64,000 bases of DNA from a virus, in the IMG/VR virus record IMGVR_UViG_3300020220_003261. One strand, written 5' to 3'. This document shows, piece by piece, positions 38,072-47,616 of the stretch (the first letter of the stretch is position 1; every line of letters starts with the position of its first letter). A model generated the notes under the pieces. The model had not been told where the DNA came from, did no database searches, and worked only from the letters and a program-made list of their open reading frames with translations. Both the position numbers and the translations under genes were made by a program.

Positions 38072-40798
38072 ATGAAAATACTCGCTCACGCCCCTTTTAT
38101 TGGAACGACTGGTTATGCTAATCATGCTCGTTCCTTTTTTTGTGCTCTAAACAAATATCATATTGTTAAAATACGTAATCTAACCATAGGAAATAGTTGG
38201 AAAGGAATGAACAATCGTCCACATGACGGCGAATCCTATTTCACTAAAGAAATGGAAAAAATGTTGATTTTACAAACACTACACAGATCTGATGGAAATG
38301 GTAGAATTGACGAACCCATGTATGGTTATAAAGGAGATTTTGTTCCTGATGTTCATATTGTTTTAATGGAAACTAATAATCATTATTTTTATGATGATTA
38401 TGAAGGTTATAAAATTGCGTATAATGTTTGGGAATCAACAAGATATCCTGAAGAATTTTTTCAAAGACTTTTTTATTTTGATGAGGTTTGGGTTCCGACT
38501 CAATGGCAGTTTGATTGTTTAGTTGAACAAGGATATCCATCTTATAAAATATTCGTAGTTCCCGAAGGTGTAGATGTAGATGTTTTTAAACCTATAAATA
38601 AATTTCCAAAAAGAGATAAGATTAGATTTGTCCTTTTTGGAAGATGGGACTATAGAAAGGGGACTACAGAAATTTTACAAGCATTCTCTGAGGAATTTAA
38701 AGATAACGATGATATCGAATTGTTAGCATCAGTTGAGAATCCGTATCCTTATGATGGTTTATATTCAACCGAAGAAAGAATTAAACATTACAATATAGAC
38801 ACAAAAAATATTCAGTTTTTAAAATTTCCATCAAGAGAACATTATGTAAATTATCTACAAACTGCACAAGTTTTTGTCTCATGTTCTAGAAGTGAGGGAT
38901 GGAATTTACCATTAATTGAGGCAATGGCGTGTGGAACACCATCAATATATTCAAACTGGGGTGGTCAATTACAGTTCGCAAAAGATAAGGGTATTCCTGT
39001 TGATATAAAAGGATTAAGACCTGCAAATATAGAACATAAAGAATGGCCTGGAGAATACTGTGAACCAGATTGGAAAGATCTCAGATATAAAATGAGGGAA
39101 GCTTACAACTATCATTCTGCTATGTGGATAAAAGCGGTAGATGACGCGAAAGATATTCATAAAAAATTTAATTGGAATACTATAGCCAAGGGTGCATCTG
39201 ATATTTTGACGAGAAATAAAAAACCATTTGCGTTTGTTACAACTGGCAACATTGGTTATATGCCAGTAATAGAAAAACTTGTTCAGTCATTATTAGAATT
39301 TTCTGAACAAAAAATTATTGTATATGGTGTAGATTGTGATGTTCCTTTTGATTATCCAAATGTAATTAAAAGAAGAATCAACCCACCAAAAATATCTGAA
39401 CACGATAAATGGTATTGGAAACAACATGCTTGTGCTGAATCACTGAAAGAAATTTTTGATTATTTTATTTGGATAGATGGTGATGTAGTTGTAAATTATA
39501 ACATAGACAATGTCCGTCAGTATTTCAATAAAGTTGGTAAATATCCATTGTCAGATATACACGTTCAAGAGGAATTTTTTGGTTTATATGACAAAGGAAA
39601 TAAATCACAATTGTTTAATCAACAATTAAGTCATGAATGGGGCGTAAAGAAATCAAATCCATACGCACATGTTTGTTTTTACATATATAATTTAGAATCT
39701 AAACTTTGGTTTGAAGAAATTATCAATCATTATGAAACTATAATGAAAAATAACCCGAGTGATTATAAAAGACTTTATTTATGGAACGATGAAGGAATAG
39801 ATAATGCAATGAGATGGAAATATGGTTTCACAAATCATTTACCATTATCTAATTTTGACACATCGTCATATGACGGTGATGAAGGGTATATAAATCAAAC
39901 TTTAAATCAATTTTATAAATTTTGGAATGAGGATGGACCACAAAATTTCAATAGAATATTTGGATATCAATTTATACCCAAAGATAAATCAAACATAATT
40001 TATTTTCACGGTAATAAAAACGCACAGGTATCTGATAAAATGATTGAATTTATAAAAATGAAAAGAGACAATTCTTTTTATAAATCGAAATGTTTTTATT
40101 GTGATCTTTATAAATTAGAAAACTTTGATAGCTTATTCGAATGTGAAGGAAGTACTTTAGATATTGCTGACAAATTTGGTTGGTCGGCGGCAATCTTTCA
40201 TGAAATATATAACCTGAGAGATTATTATAGGAATAGAGAAAAAAGAATACACGAGGGTGATATTGTCGTTGATTTAGGCGGAAATATTGGTATCTTTAAT
40301 AGATGGGCCTATAATGAAGGTGCAAGTAAAGTTATATCTTTTGAACCAGACAAAAGGTACTTTAAATTACTTTCATTAAATGCGGACCCACGTTCAATTT
40401 TGTTTAATGCAGCTGTTAGTAATCAAATAAATGAAATGACTTTATACGAGAGTACACACTTAGGTGGATCAAATTTATTTAGAATACAACAGAATTCAAC
40501 TTCGTATAGTGTTAGAACTTACAATTTAGATTATCTATTTGAGTCCAACTTAATTGATAGGATTGATTTTTTAAAGATTGATATCGAAGGTTCTGAACAC
40601 TATGCTCTATCAGGAATTAGTGATGAAAACTTGATGAAGGTAAAAACAATCTCGATTGAGTATCACCATTCACATTTTAATTATGATGAAGAACTAAGAC
40701 AGAAACTTATAAACAGAATGATTATACTCGGATTTAATTCTTATCTTATGTTTATGGGTTCAAATAATGCATCACAAATGATATATTTTAATAGATGA
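38072..40798 (+). CDS. Three-domain fusion: GT4 glycosyltransferase + GT-A (DxD) domain + FkbM methyltransferase
   Basis: SRSEGWNLPLIEAMACG (GT4); FIWIDGDVVV; VDLGGNIG..SFEP..LKIDIEGSE (FkbM). ATG 38072 preferred. Confidence 0.85.
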   Translation: MKILAHAPFIGTTGYANHARSFFCALNKYHIVKIRNLTIGNSWKGMNNRPHDGESYFTKEMEKMLILQTLHRSDGNGRIDEPMYGYKGDFVPDVHIVLMETNNHYFYDDYEGYKIAYNVWESTRYPEEFFQRLFYFDEVWVPTQWQFDCLVEQGYPSYKIFVVPEGVDVDVFKPINKFPKRDKIRFVLFGRWDYRKGTTEILQAFSEEFKDNDDIELLASVENPYPYDGLYSTEERIKHYNIDTKNIQFLKFPSREHYVNYLQTAQVFVSCSRSEGWNLPLIEAMACGTPSIYSNWGGQLQFAKDKGIPVDIKGLRPANIEHKEWPGEYCEPDWKDLRYKMREAYNYHSAMWIKAVDDAKDIHKKFNWNTIAKGASDILTRNKKPFAFVTTGNIGYMPVIEKLVQSLLEFSEQKIIVYGVDCDVPFDYPNVIKRRINPPKISEHDKWYWKQHACAESLKEIFDYFIWIDGDVVVNYNIDNVRQYFNKVGKYPLSDIHVQEEFFGLYDKGNKSQLFNQQLSHEWGVKKSNPYAHVCFYIYNLESKLWFEEIINHYETIMKNNPSDYKRLYLWNDEGIDNAMRWKYGFTNHLPLSNFDTSSYDGDEGYINQTLNQFYKFWNEDGPQNFNRIFGYQFIPKDKSNIIYFHGNKNAQVSDKMIEFIKMKRDNSFYKSKCFYCDLYKLENFDSLFECEGSTLDIADKFGWSAAIFHEIYNLRDYYRNREKRIHEGDIVVDLGGNIGIFNRWAYNEGASKVISFEPDKRYFKLLSLNADPRSILFNAAVSNQINEMTLYESTHLGGSNLFRIQQNSTSYSVRTYNLDYLFESNLIDRIDFLKIDIEGSEHYALSGISDENLMKVKTISIEYHHSHFNYDEELRQKLINRMIILGFNSYLMFMGSNNASQMIYFNR

Positions 40799-41454
40799 GT
40801 ACCTTAAACAAAATTGCACAATCGTATGGAACGGATAAAAGTTCAGATATACACAACTACTGTGTAAAATATGAAAAATATCTACCATTTAATAGATACG
40901 AAGAATTGAACATTTTAGAAATTGGAATCTTAAACGGTAAGTCACTTAAAACATGGAAAGAATATTACTATCGTTCTAAAATTGTCGGTATTGACATCAA
41001 TCCTGATTGTAAACAATATGAAGAAGAAAGAGTAAGTGTTGAAATTGGATCACAGGTAGATGGAAGTTTTCTATCTCGTGTTCGGCAACAATATGGTCCA
41101 TTTGATATGATATTAGATGATGGTTCACATATGAATTCACATGTTATATACTCTTTTCAAAACTTGTGGAAAAGCCTAAAATCTGGCGGTGTTTATATAA
41201 TAGAAGATTGTGGAACTGCATATTGGGAAGATTATGAGGGCGGTTATTTGAAACCAACAACAAGTGTTGAGGCATTTAAATCTTTAGTTGATGATGTAAA
41301 TTTTAGAGGACTAATGAATTTAGATAAACCAAATGTACATGCAAGAAGAGAAGATTGGTTAATAGAATTATCAAAAAAAACACAACCATTTTGTGTTGTG
41401 GATATCGAGTCAATAAACTTTTTAAACGGAATTATTATAATAACAAAAAGATAA
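40795..41454 (+). CDS. Sugar O-methyltransferase-like (MycE/Methyltransf_24-type)
   Basis: GTDK..HNY..YE, LEIGI..GKS, ILDDGSH, GGVYIIED. Confidence 0.85.
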   Translation: MSTLNKIAQSYGTDKSSDIHNYCVKYEKYLPFNRYEELNILEIGILNGKSLKTWKEYYYRSKIVGIDINPDCKQYEEERVSVEIGSQVDGSFLSRVRQQYGPFDMILDDGSHMNSHVIYSFQNLWKSLKSGGVYIIEDCGTAYWEDYEGGYLKPTTSVEAFKSLVDDVNFRGLMNLDKPNVHARREDWLIELSKKTQPFCVVDIESINFLNGIIIITKR

Positions 41455-43574
41455 TGGGATATACGTTCGAAGAGGATATTTTTGTAATTGATTGTTGGTT
41501 AGATACTGTCGAAAAGGAAAACACTCTATTAAAATTAATTGAAAGAATTAAAGTTTTTAATATACCAATAATTTTATGTGGGCATTTTCCTGTAAATCCA
41601 AAAATTCAGAAACAAGTTGATTATTTTATTTATGATAAAAATAATGATATTTTGTTGGAAAAAGATTTTAATCAGTATGAAGTAATGAGTGATAGGTGGT
41701 CAATTATGAATGACTATAAAGTTTTTAACAAAGTAGATTTTCATCATGACTATGCTATTTGGATCACTATGAAAAATGCTTTTAATTTAGTTAAACAACT
41801 AAATAAAAAATATATCCATTTTCTCGAATATGATAACATACCCGACGAAATTCAATATCGACAAGCTTTTATGGAATATATTAGAAACCACGATGCTGTT
41901 GTATATGAATATATGCCAGGTTCAACCAATCAAATGCAACCATATTGTTCGACATATATTTTTTCAATAAAAACCGATGTTGCATTATCAGTGATTAATA
42001 AAGTTAATAATAAAGAAGAGTATTTCAAAAATAGACCAAATGGTTGGCAATTAGAAAAAGTTTTCTTTCAAACGTTAAAAGGTGTGACAAGTAATATATT
42101 TGTAAGTAAGTATATACCTAATGATAATGAACTTAATATATATGCAGCTTGGAACAGAAATGGAATTTTAAAAAATGGTGCAATTTTTCAAACTTACTTG
42201 GCTGTAGACGAATCCAACAAATTACATATTCATTTCATTTCTGGATTTTCAGAAAAAGACGCTGATAAAGATTACTTATGTGAGATAAACTATTCAAACA
42301 CCAAATTTTTCTTTACTGTAAAAAGAAAACAATATCACTTAGAATTGTTGGGTGACTATATAGAAAATGAAACTGTTAGAGTTTTTTATCAGGGTATTGA
42401 AGTTTTCACACAAAAACTGACCGAAGATGTTATAAAATTTAAAAGAAAAAACATTTTAGAATGGAAAAATAAAGTATCAAATAGAAAGATAAATGTTCAT
42501 TTTATTGATGGTGCATATGTTGAAATATTGGACAACATACCTTTGAAATATAATGTTCAATTTATTGATAAAAAAAATAACAATATTGTTTATAGCACAG
42601 AATTAATCAGCAACCATTGGTGTAAGACTTCTTTGAAATATTATGTCGACTGGGAAATTAGGATAAAAGGAATAGATAACGATTATTTGGAATATCACAA
42701 TTTTACAACTGAGAATAATAAATTTTATATCTCTTTTGAGACAAAATCTTTGGGTGACACATTAGCTTTTATACCTTATGTTGAGGAATTTAGAAAAGAA
42801 AAAAAATGTAAAATAATATGTTCGACTTTCCATAATGAATTGTTCAGAAAACAGTATCCCGAAATTGAGTTTGTAAATCCTGGAACAAATGTTAACAATA
42901 TTATGGGTCTTTACAGATTAGGACTCTTTTATAATGGATCTAATGTTGATTATGAAAAACATCCTTATAATCCTCTTAAAGAACCGTTACAAAAAATTGC
43001 ATCAGATATACTAGGTTTAGACTACAAAGAAATTAAACCATTTTTACCAAAATTAGGAGGACATAAAAAGAAAAGAGTGTGTATTGCAATTCACTCTACA
43101 TCACAATGTAAATATTGGAATAACCCACATGGATGGCAAGAAGTAGTTGATTATATAAAATCCCAAGGATATGAAGTTAGGTTACTATCAAGAGAAGAAG
43201 ACGGTTACATGGGAAATAAAAACCCGAAAGGAATAAAACAACAACCAAATAGTTCAACTATCGAAATACTTAAAGTTCTACAAGAGTCACATTTATTTAT
43301 AGGAATAAGTAGTGGTTTGAGTTGGTTGGCATGGGCTTCAGATATACCTGTAATATTGGTATCGGGATTTACAGATGTTTATTTAGAACCATTTAAAGAT
43401 GTGACTAGAATTATAAATAAAGATGTGTGTAACGGATGTTGGCATAATCATAAGTTTGATCCGGGAGATTGGTATTGGTGTCCAATTCATAAAGGAACAG
43501 ACAAACAATACGAATGTTCAAAAGAAATAAGTGGGCAAAATGTTATTTCTTCGATAAAAAAATTTTTAGTTTAA
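41454..43574 (+). CDS. Autotransporter O-heptosyltransferase (Aah/TibC)-like protein with N-terminal extra GT-like domain
   Basis: KSLGDTLAFIPY, HSTSQCKYWNN..W, FIGISSGLSWLAW..VILVSGF, CNGCW..DWYWCPIH..QYECSK four-Cys motif. ATG 41454 preferred. Confidence 0.8.
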   Translation: MGYTFEEDIFVIDCWLDTVEKENTLLKLIERIKVFNIPIILCGHFPVNPKIQKQVDYFIYDKNNDILLEKDFNQYEVMSDRWSIMNDYKVFNKVDFHHDYAIWITMKNAFNLVKQLNKKYIHFLEYDNIPDEIQYRQAFMEYIRNHDAVVYEYMPGSTNQMQPYCSTYIFSIKTDVALSVINKVNNKEEYFKNRPNGWQLEKVFFQTLKGVTSNIFVSKYIPNDNELNIYAAWNRNGILKNGAIFQTYLAVDESNKLHIHFISGFSEKDADKDYLCEINYSNTKFFFTVKRKQYHLELLGDYIENETVRVFYQGIEVFTQKLTEDVIKFKRKNILEWKNKVSNRKINVHFIDGAYVEILDNIPLKYNVQFIDKKNNNIVYSTELISNHWCKTSLKYYVDWEIRIKGIDNDYLEYHNFTTENNKFYISFETKSLGDTLAFIPYVEEFRKEKKCKIICSTFHNELFRKQYPEIEFVNPGTNVNNIMGLYRLGLFYNGSNVDYEKHPYNPLKEPLQKIASDILGLDYKEIKPFLPKLGGHKKKRVCIAIHSTSQCKYWNNPHGWQEVVDYIKSQGYEVRLLSREEDGYMGNKNPKGIKQQPNSSTIEILKVLQESHLFIGISSGLSWLAWASDIPVILVSGFTDVYLEPFKDVTRIINKDVCNGCWHNHKFDPGDWYWCPIHKGTDKQYECSKEISGQNVISSIKKFLV

Positions 43575-43595
43575 GTTTTTTAATTGTAATATCCA

Positions 43596-43627
43596 ATATT
43601 TATATGAGTATAATACCATATAAATAT
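43596..43627 (+). promoter_or_regulatory. 11-bp perfect inverted repeat covering the tail-fibre start codon; 5' arm contains the TATTTATA motif
   Basis: ATATTTATATG (43596..43606) / CATATAAATAT (43617..43627); ATG at 43626. Confidence 0.55.
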
Positions 43628-46220
43628 GAAAATATTTCAGCCTTTAATAACTGGTTCGTTAAGTGTATCAGGCTCAACGACGATTAGTCAAGATTTAACA
43701 GTCCTTGGAACCATCAATGCGACGATTAGTGGTACCACAACAAACGCAATTACCGCTTCATATGCTTTAAATGCAGATACTATTGATAATATTGATTCAT
43801 TAAGATTAGCAACAACTGGAAGTAACACATTTAATGCAGATCAAACAGTAACTGGATCAATAAAGATTCAAGGAGATTTATACATTAACGGGACTCAGTA
43901 TACGGCTGCAACATCAGGAACCTCAGGAACAAGCGGTTCTTCTGGTTCATCAGGAACTTCAGGATCATCTGGTAGCTCTGGTTCGTCTGGTTCTTCTGGT
44001 AGCTCAGGTTCTTCGGGAACAAGCGGTTCTTCTGGTTCATCAGGAACAAGTGGTAGCTCAGGTACATCAGGAACCTCTGGTACAAGTGGAACATCAGGAA
44101 CTTCAGGATCATCTGGTAGCTCTGGTTCGTCTGGTTCTTCTGGTAGCTCAGGTTCTTCGGGAACTAGTGGAACATCTGGTTCATCAGGAACAAGTGGTAG
44201 CTCAGGTACATCAGGAACCTCTGGTACAAGTGGAACATCAGGATCATCAGGATCATCTGGATCGAGTGGTACTGTAACAATGACAGGAGCTCAAGATAAT
44301 GGTGTATTAACATTAAACGGTTCCTCTCCAAATGTGACCGCCGAAACTAATTTAACATTTGATGGCACAACATTAACTGTTACTGGTGACGTATTAATAA
44401 CAAATAATTTATTAGTACAAGGAACAAATACAAATTTACAAGTTACTCAATTGTTTATTGAGGACAAGACAATAACATTAGCTAGTGGTTCTTTAACAGC
44501 AGCAGCTGCCAATGGTGCAGGTATTGAGGTAGTTGGCCCAACAACAGCGGCAACAATCACATATACAAGTGCGAACGATAGTTGGAATACTAATAAAATA
44601 TTAAGAGTTCCTGAGTTATTCATAAATGGAACACAATATACTGCGGCAACCTCAGGTACAAGTGGTTCATCTGGTTCTTCGGGAACAAGTGGAACATCGG
44701 GATCAAGTGGTTCGTCTGGATCTTCTGGTAGCTCAGGTTCTTCGGGAACAAGTGGAACATCGGGATCAAGTGGTTCGTCTGGATCTTCTGGTTCATCAGG
44801 AACCTCTGGTACAAGTGGAACATCGGGATCAAGTGGTTCGTCTGGATCCTCTGGTAGCTCAGGTTCTTCGGGAACTTCAGGAAGTTCAGGTTCATCAGGA
44901 ACCTCAGGTAGTAGTGGTAGCTCAGGTTCATCTGGAACATCAGGTTCTTCTGGATCATCAGGAACCTCAGGTAGTAGTGGTAGCTCAGGTTCATCAGGAA
45001 CCTCAGGTAGTAGTGGTAGCTCAGGTTCATCTGGAACATCAGGTTCTTCTGGTTCATCAGGTTCATCAGGAACCTCAGGTAGTAGTGGTAGCTCAGGTTC
45101 ATCTGGAACATCAGGTTCTTCTGGTTCTTCTGGATCATCAGGAACCTCAGGTAGTAGTGGTAGCTCAGGTTCATCAGGTTCATCAGGAAGTTCTGGGTCA
45201 AGCGGATCAAGTGGATCAAGTGGATCAAGTGGATCATCAGGTACTTCAGTTTCAGTATCAGGAACTAACAATACATTAGTTAAATTCACATCAGCATCAA
45301 CAGTGGGTAATTCATCCATTACAGATGATGGTACAACAGTAACAATTGGTGGTAACTTAGTTATTTCAGGTACACAAACAACAGTTAACTCAACAACCGT
45401 TAATATTGCTGATAATATTATTCAATTAAATGGTACTGGAGCAACAAACGCAGGTTTAGTTGTAAGAGACGCTACCGCATCTACGTTGGTATCAGGTTCA
45501 TTTTTGTGGGATACAACAAATGATAAATGGATTGCGGGTCCGTTAGGATCTGAAGATGATGTTGTATTAAAAACAGCATCGCAAACTTTAACGAATAAAA
45601 CAATTAACGCTTCCCAATTAGTTGATGCATCTGTAACAAATGCTAAATTAACTAACTCATCTTTAACAGTTACGGCTGGTACAGGTATGAGTGGTGGAGG
45701 ATCAGTTGCATTAGGGTCATCGGTAACATTAACAAATGCCGGTGTGACATCGGCGGTTGCAGGAACGGGTGTTAGTGTAAGTGCCGGAACAGGAGCGGTA
45801 ACAATTTCAATTGGTCAAGCCGTAGCGACCAACTCGAATGTTCAATTTAACGCTTTAGGTGTTGGAACCGCTGCACCAAACACGGCAGGTTTGATTAGAG
45901 CAACAAATGACGTAATTGCTTTCTATGGCTCAGATATAAGATTAAAAGAAAATATAACACCTATATCTAATCCAATCGAAAAGTTAAAACAAATAAATGG
46001 TTACGAATTTGATTGGATTCCTTTAGAGGGTATTCACGAAAATGAAGGTCATGATATTGGAGTGGTTGCTCAAGAGATTGAAGAAGTCTTACCTGAAATT
46101 GTAACAACAAGAGATAATGGTTATAAGGCTGTTAAGTATGAAAAACTTGTGGCGTTATTAATCGAATCTAATAAAGAATTACTTAGGAAAATTGAAATAC
46201 TTGAGAATAAACTTAGGTAA
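43626..46220 (+). CDS. Phage tail fibre with two Ser/Thr-Gly triplet tracts and C-terminal peptidase S74 intramolecular chaperone
   Basis: SDIRLKENI..GYEFDW..DIGVVAQE.E.VLPE..YKAVKYEKLVALLIE; (S/T)SG repeats. Confidence 0.9.
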   Translation: MKIFQPLITGSLSVSGSTTISQDLTVLGTINATISGTTTNAITASYALNADTIDNIDSLRLATTGSNTFNADQTVTGSIKIQGDLYINGTQYTAATSGTSGTSGSSGSSGTSGSSGSSGSSGSSGSSGSSGTSGSSGSSGTSGSSGTSGTSGTSGTSGTSGSSGSSGSSGSSGSSGSSGTSGTSGSSGTSGSSGTSGTSGTSGTSGSSGSSGSSGTVTMTGAQDNGVLTLNGSSPNVTAETNLTFDGTTLTVTGDVLITNNLLVQGTNTNLQVTQLFIEDKTITLASGSLTAAAANGAGIEVVGPTTAATITYTSANDSWNTNKILRVPELFINGTQYTAATSGTSGSSGSSGTSGTSGSSGSSGSSGSSGSSGTSGTSGSSGSSGSSGSSGTSGTSGTSGSSGSSGSSGSSGSSGTSGSSGSSGTSGSSGSSGSSGTSGSSGSSGTSGSSGSSGSSGTSGSSGSSGSSGTSGSSGSSGSSGTSGSSGSSGSSGTSGSSGSSGSSGTSGSSGSSGSSGSSGSSGSSGSSGSSGSSGSSGTSVSVSGTNNTLVKFTSASTVGNSSITDDGTTVTIGGNLVISGTQTTVNSTTVNIADNIIQLNGTGATNAGLVVRDATASTLVSGSFLWDTTNDKWIAGPLGSEDDVVLKTASQTLTNKTINASQLVDASVTNAKLTNSSLTVTAGTGMSGGGSVALGSSVTLTNAGVTSAVAGTGVSVSAGTGAVTISIGQAVATNSNVQFNALGVGTAAPNTAGLIRATNDVIAFYGSDIRLKENITPISNPIEKLKQINGYEFDWIPLEGIHENEGHDIGVVAQEIEEVLPEIVTTRDNGYKAVKYEKLVALLIESNKELLRKIEILENKLR
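43911..44273 (+). repeat. (S/T)-S-G tripeptide tract 1 (about 120 aa) with 144-bp DNA periodicity
   Basis: caggaacttcaggatcatctggtagctctgg... at both 43951 and 44095. Confidence 0.9.
44649..45245 (+). repeat. (S/T)-S-G tripeptide tract 2 (about 200 aa) with multiple DNA-level repeat units
   Basis: ggaacctcaggtagtagtggtagctcaggttcatc recurs several times between about 44900 and 45180. Confidence 0.9.
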
Positions 46221-46225
46221 TAAAA

Positions 46226-46252
46226 TATTCCCTATATAAAATATTGGGAATA
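46226..46252. terminator. Hairpin after the tail-fibre gene (terminator or processing site)
   Basis: TATTCCC-13 nt-GGGAATA; no clear U-tract. Confidence 0.35.
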
Positions 46253-46276
46253 CTTATAAATAAAATTTAATAGACA

Positions 46277-46492
46277 ATGGGTCTTATACCTGCCACAGGA
46301 TCTGAGGTTAGTTTAGGGAGAATAGGTCAAGCATTAGGAATGGGAACAGCAGGAACTGTGGCTGTAGCACTAAATGCTGGTGCAGGAGCAAACAGAGGAA
46401 ATAATCAATCAGGTGTAGGAGCAATTTCCTCAGGTTCACAAACAGAAGAGGGTGCCAGTTTCGGTGGTTTAAATGCTAACGGAACATATTAA
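46277..46492 (+). CDS. Small Gly-rich protein, probable tail-fibre-associated structural protein
   Basis: M.LIP.TGS.VS..RI..ALG..FGG pattern; follows the S74 fibre; TACTTATA motif 18 nt upstream. Confidence 0.45.
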   Translation: MGLIPATGSEVSLGRIGQALGMGTAGTVAVALNAGAGANRGNNQSGVGAISSGSQTEEGASFGGLNANGTY

Positions 46493-46531
46493 TGTCTTTA
46501 TTATTAAGTTATAAACTCTTATATTTTATTG

Positions 46532-46978
46532 ATGAAATTAAAGTATAAGAGTTTTTCTTGCAAATACGAATTATATTATATAACTTGGAATGGAATTAAT
46601 TTCGATAAAGATAAACTTATAAAATTAACAAATAGATTAAAATTACTAAAATTCACATCTCTTTTATTTAAATCACATAAAGAAGAATTAAGAATTTTAA
46701 AAGAAATATATTCATCTTATGATGAAAAAGTTCTGATAGGTCTATTAAATAATGATGAGAAAATTTGTAGAAATGGTTTTATAGAAAAATGGGCAAGAAT
46801 TGGTGCAATAGATATTTTATTGACGGGTGTTTATAGTAGAAATACATTTACAACAATAAGTAACTTACCAGTTGAGGACTATCAATTAATATGTAAAAGA
46901 ATTGAGGAATTAGTAAATTACGGAAGAAACTTAACATATCAACAAGATAAAATTAGTAACAATATACCTGGATTATGA
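46532..46978 (+). CDS. Hypothetical protein
   Basis: Long ORF coupled to the next gene; TATATT 6 nt before ATG 46532. Confidence 0.7.
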   Translation: MKLKYKSFSCKYELYYITWNGINFDKDKLIKLTNRLKLLKFTSLLFKSHKEELRILKEIYSSYDEKVLIGLLNNDEKICRNGFIEKWARIGAIDILLTGVYSRNTFTTISNLPVEDYQLICKRIEELVNYGRNLTYQQDKISNNIPGL

Positions 46979-47616
46979 ATAAATCATTTTATAGTCAATC
47001 AATGTGGTCTGGTTTACCGAGAAAATTATCAATATTAGTTCCAACAAGGGATATGATTCATTCTCATTTTGCATATTGTTTAACACAACTTATCAAAACC
47101 ACAAATCAAAATAATATTGATACATATCTTTTTTTTGATTCAAGTACAATTTTATTAAATCAAAGAACAAATTTGATCAAGAAATCTTTAGAGGTTAAAT
47201 CTGATTATTTGTTATGGTTAGACAGTGATATGATGTTTCCGTCAAGCACCGCATTAAGATTATTAAATCATAATAAAGATATTGTAGCGTGTAATTACAT
47301 AAAAAGAACTAAACCACAAAACCCAGTTGCTTATAAAGATATTACAGATTTTAATAGTTTTATACCGCTAACACCTCAAGAAGAGTTAGTTGAAGTAGAA
47401 GGAATAGGAATGGGTTGTATGTTAATGAAGACAGATATATTCAACCAATTAGATAAACCTTACTTCAAATTTATTTATAAGGAAGATACAGATGATTGGC
47501 ATGGAGAAGATTTTGATATGTTATCAAGATTTAGAAAACTTGGGTATACCATTTATGTTGATTCTTTATTGAGTTTAGAAATAAAACATTTGGGTAACCA
47601 AGCATTTGGTGTTTAA
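46975..47616 (+). CDS. GT2-like (GT-A) glycosyltransferase
   Basis: LLWLDSDMMFP, GIGMGCMLMK..F, GEDF..GYTIYVD..HLG. Confidence 0.75.
   Translation: MNKSFYSQSMWSGLPRKLSILVPTRDMIHSHFAYCLTQLIKTTNQNNIDTYLFFDSSTILLNQRTNLIKKSLEVKSDYLLWLDSDMMFPSSTALRLLNHNKDIVACNYIKRTKPQNPVAYKDITDFNSFIPLTPQEELVEVEGIGMGCMLMKTDIFNQLDKPYFKFIYKEDTDDWHGEDFDMLSRFRKLGYTIYVDSLLSLEIKHLGNQAFGV

Noticed and set aside
43911-45245. CRISPR array
   Set aside because: The repeats are in-frame coding triplets without unique spacers; no cas genes.
44050-45319. Long alternative-frame and antisense ORFs (44447..45319 minus, 44620..45237 minus, 44626..45279 plus, 44050..44277 plus)
   Set aside because: Shadows of the Ser/Gly repeat, which lacks stops in other frames; low-complexity translations.
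43626-46492. Diversity-generating retroelement acting on the fibre
   Set aside because: No reverse transcriptase and no adenine-specific TR/VR pair seen.
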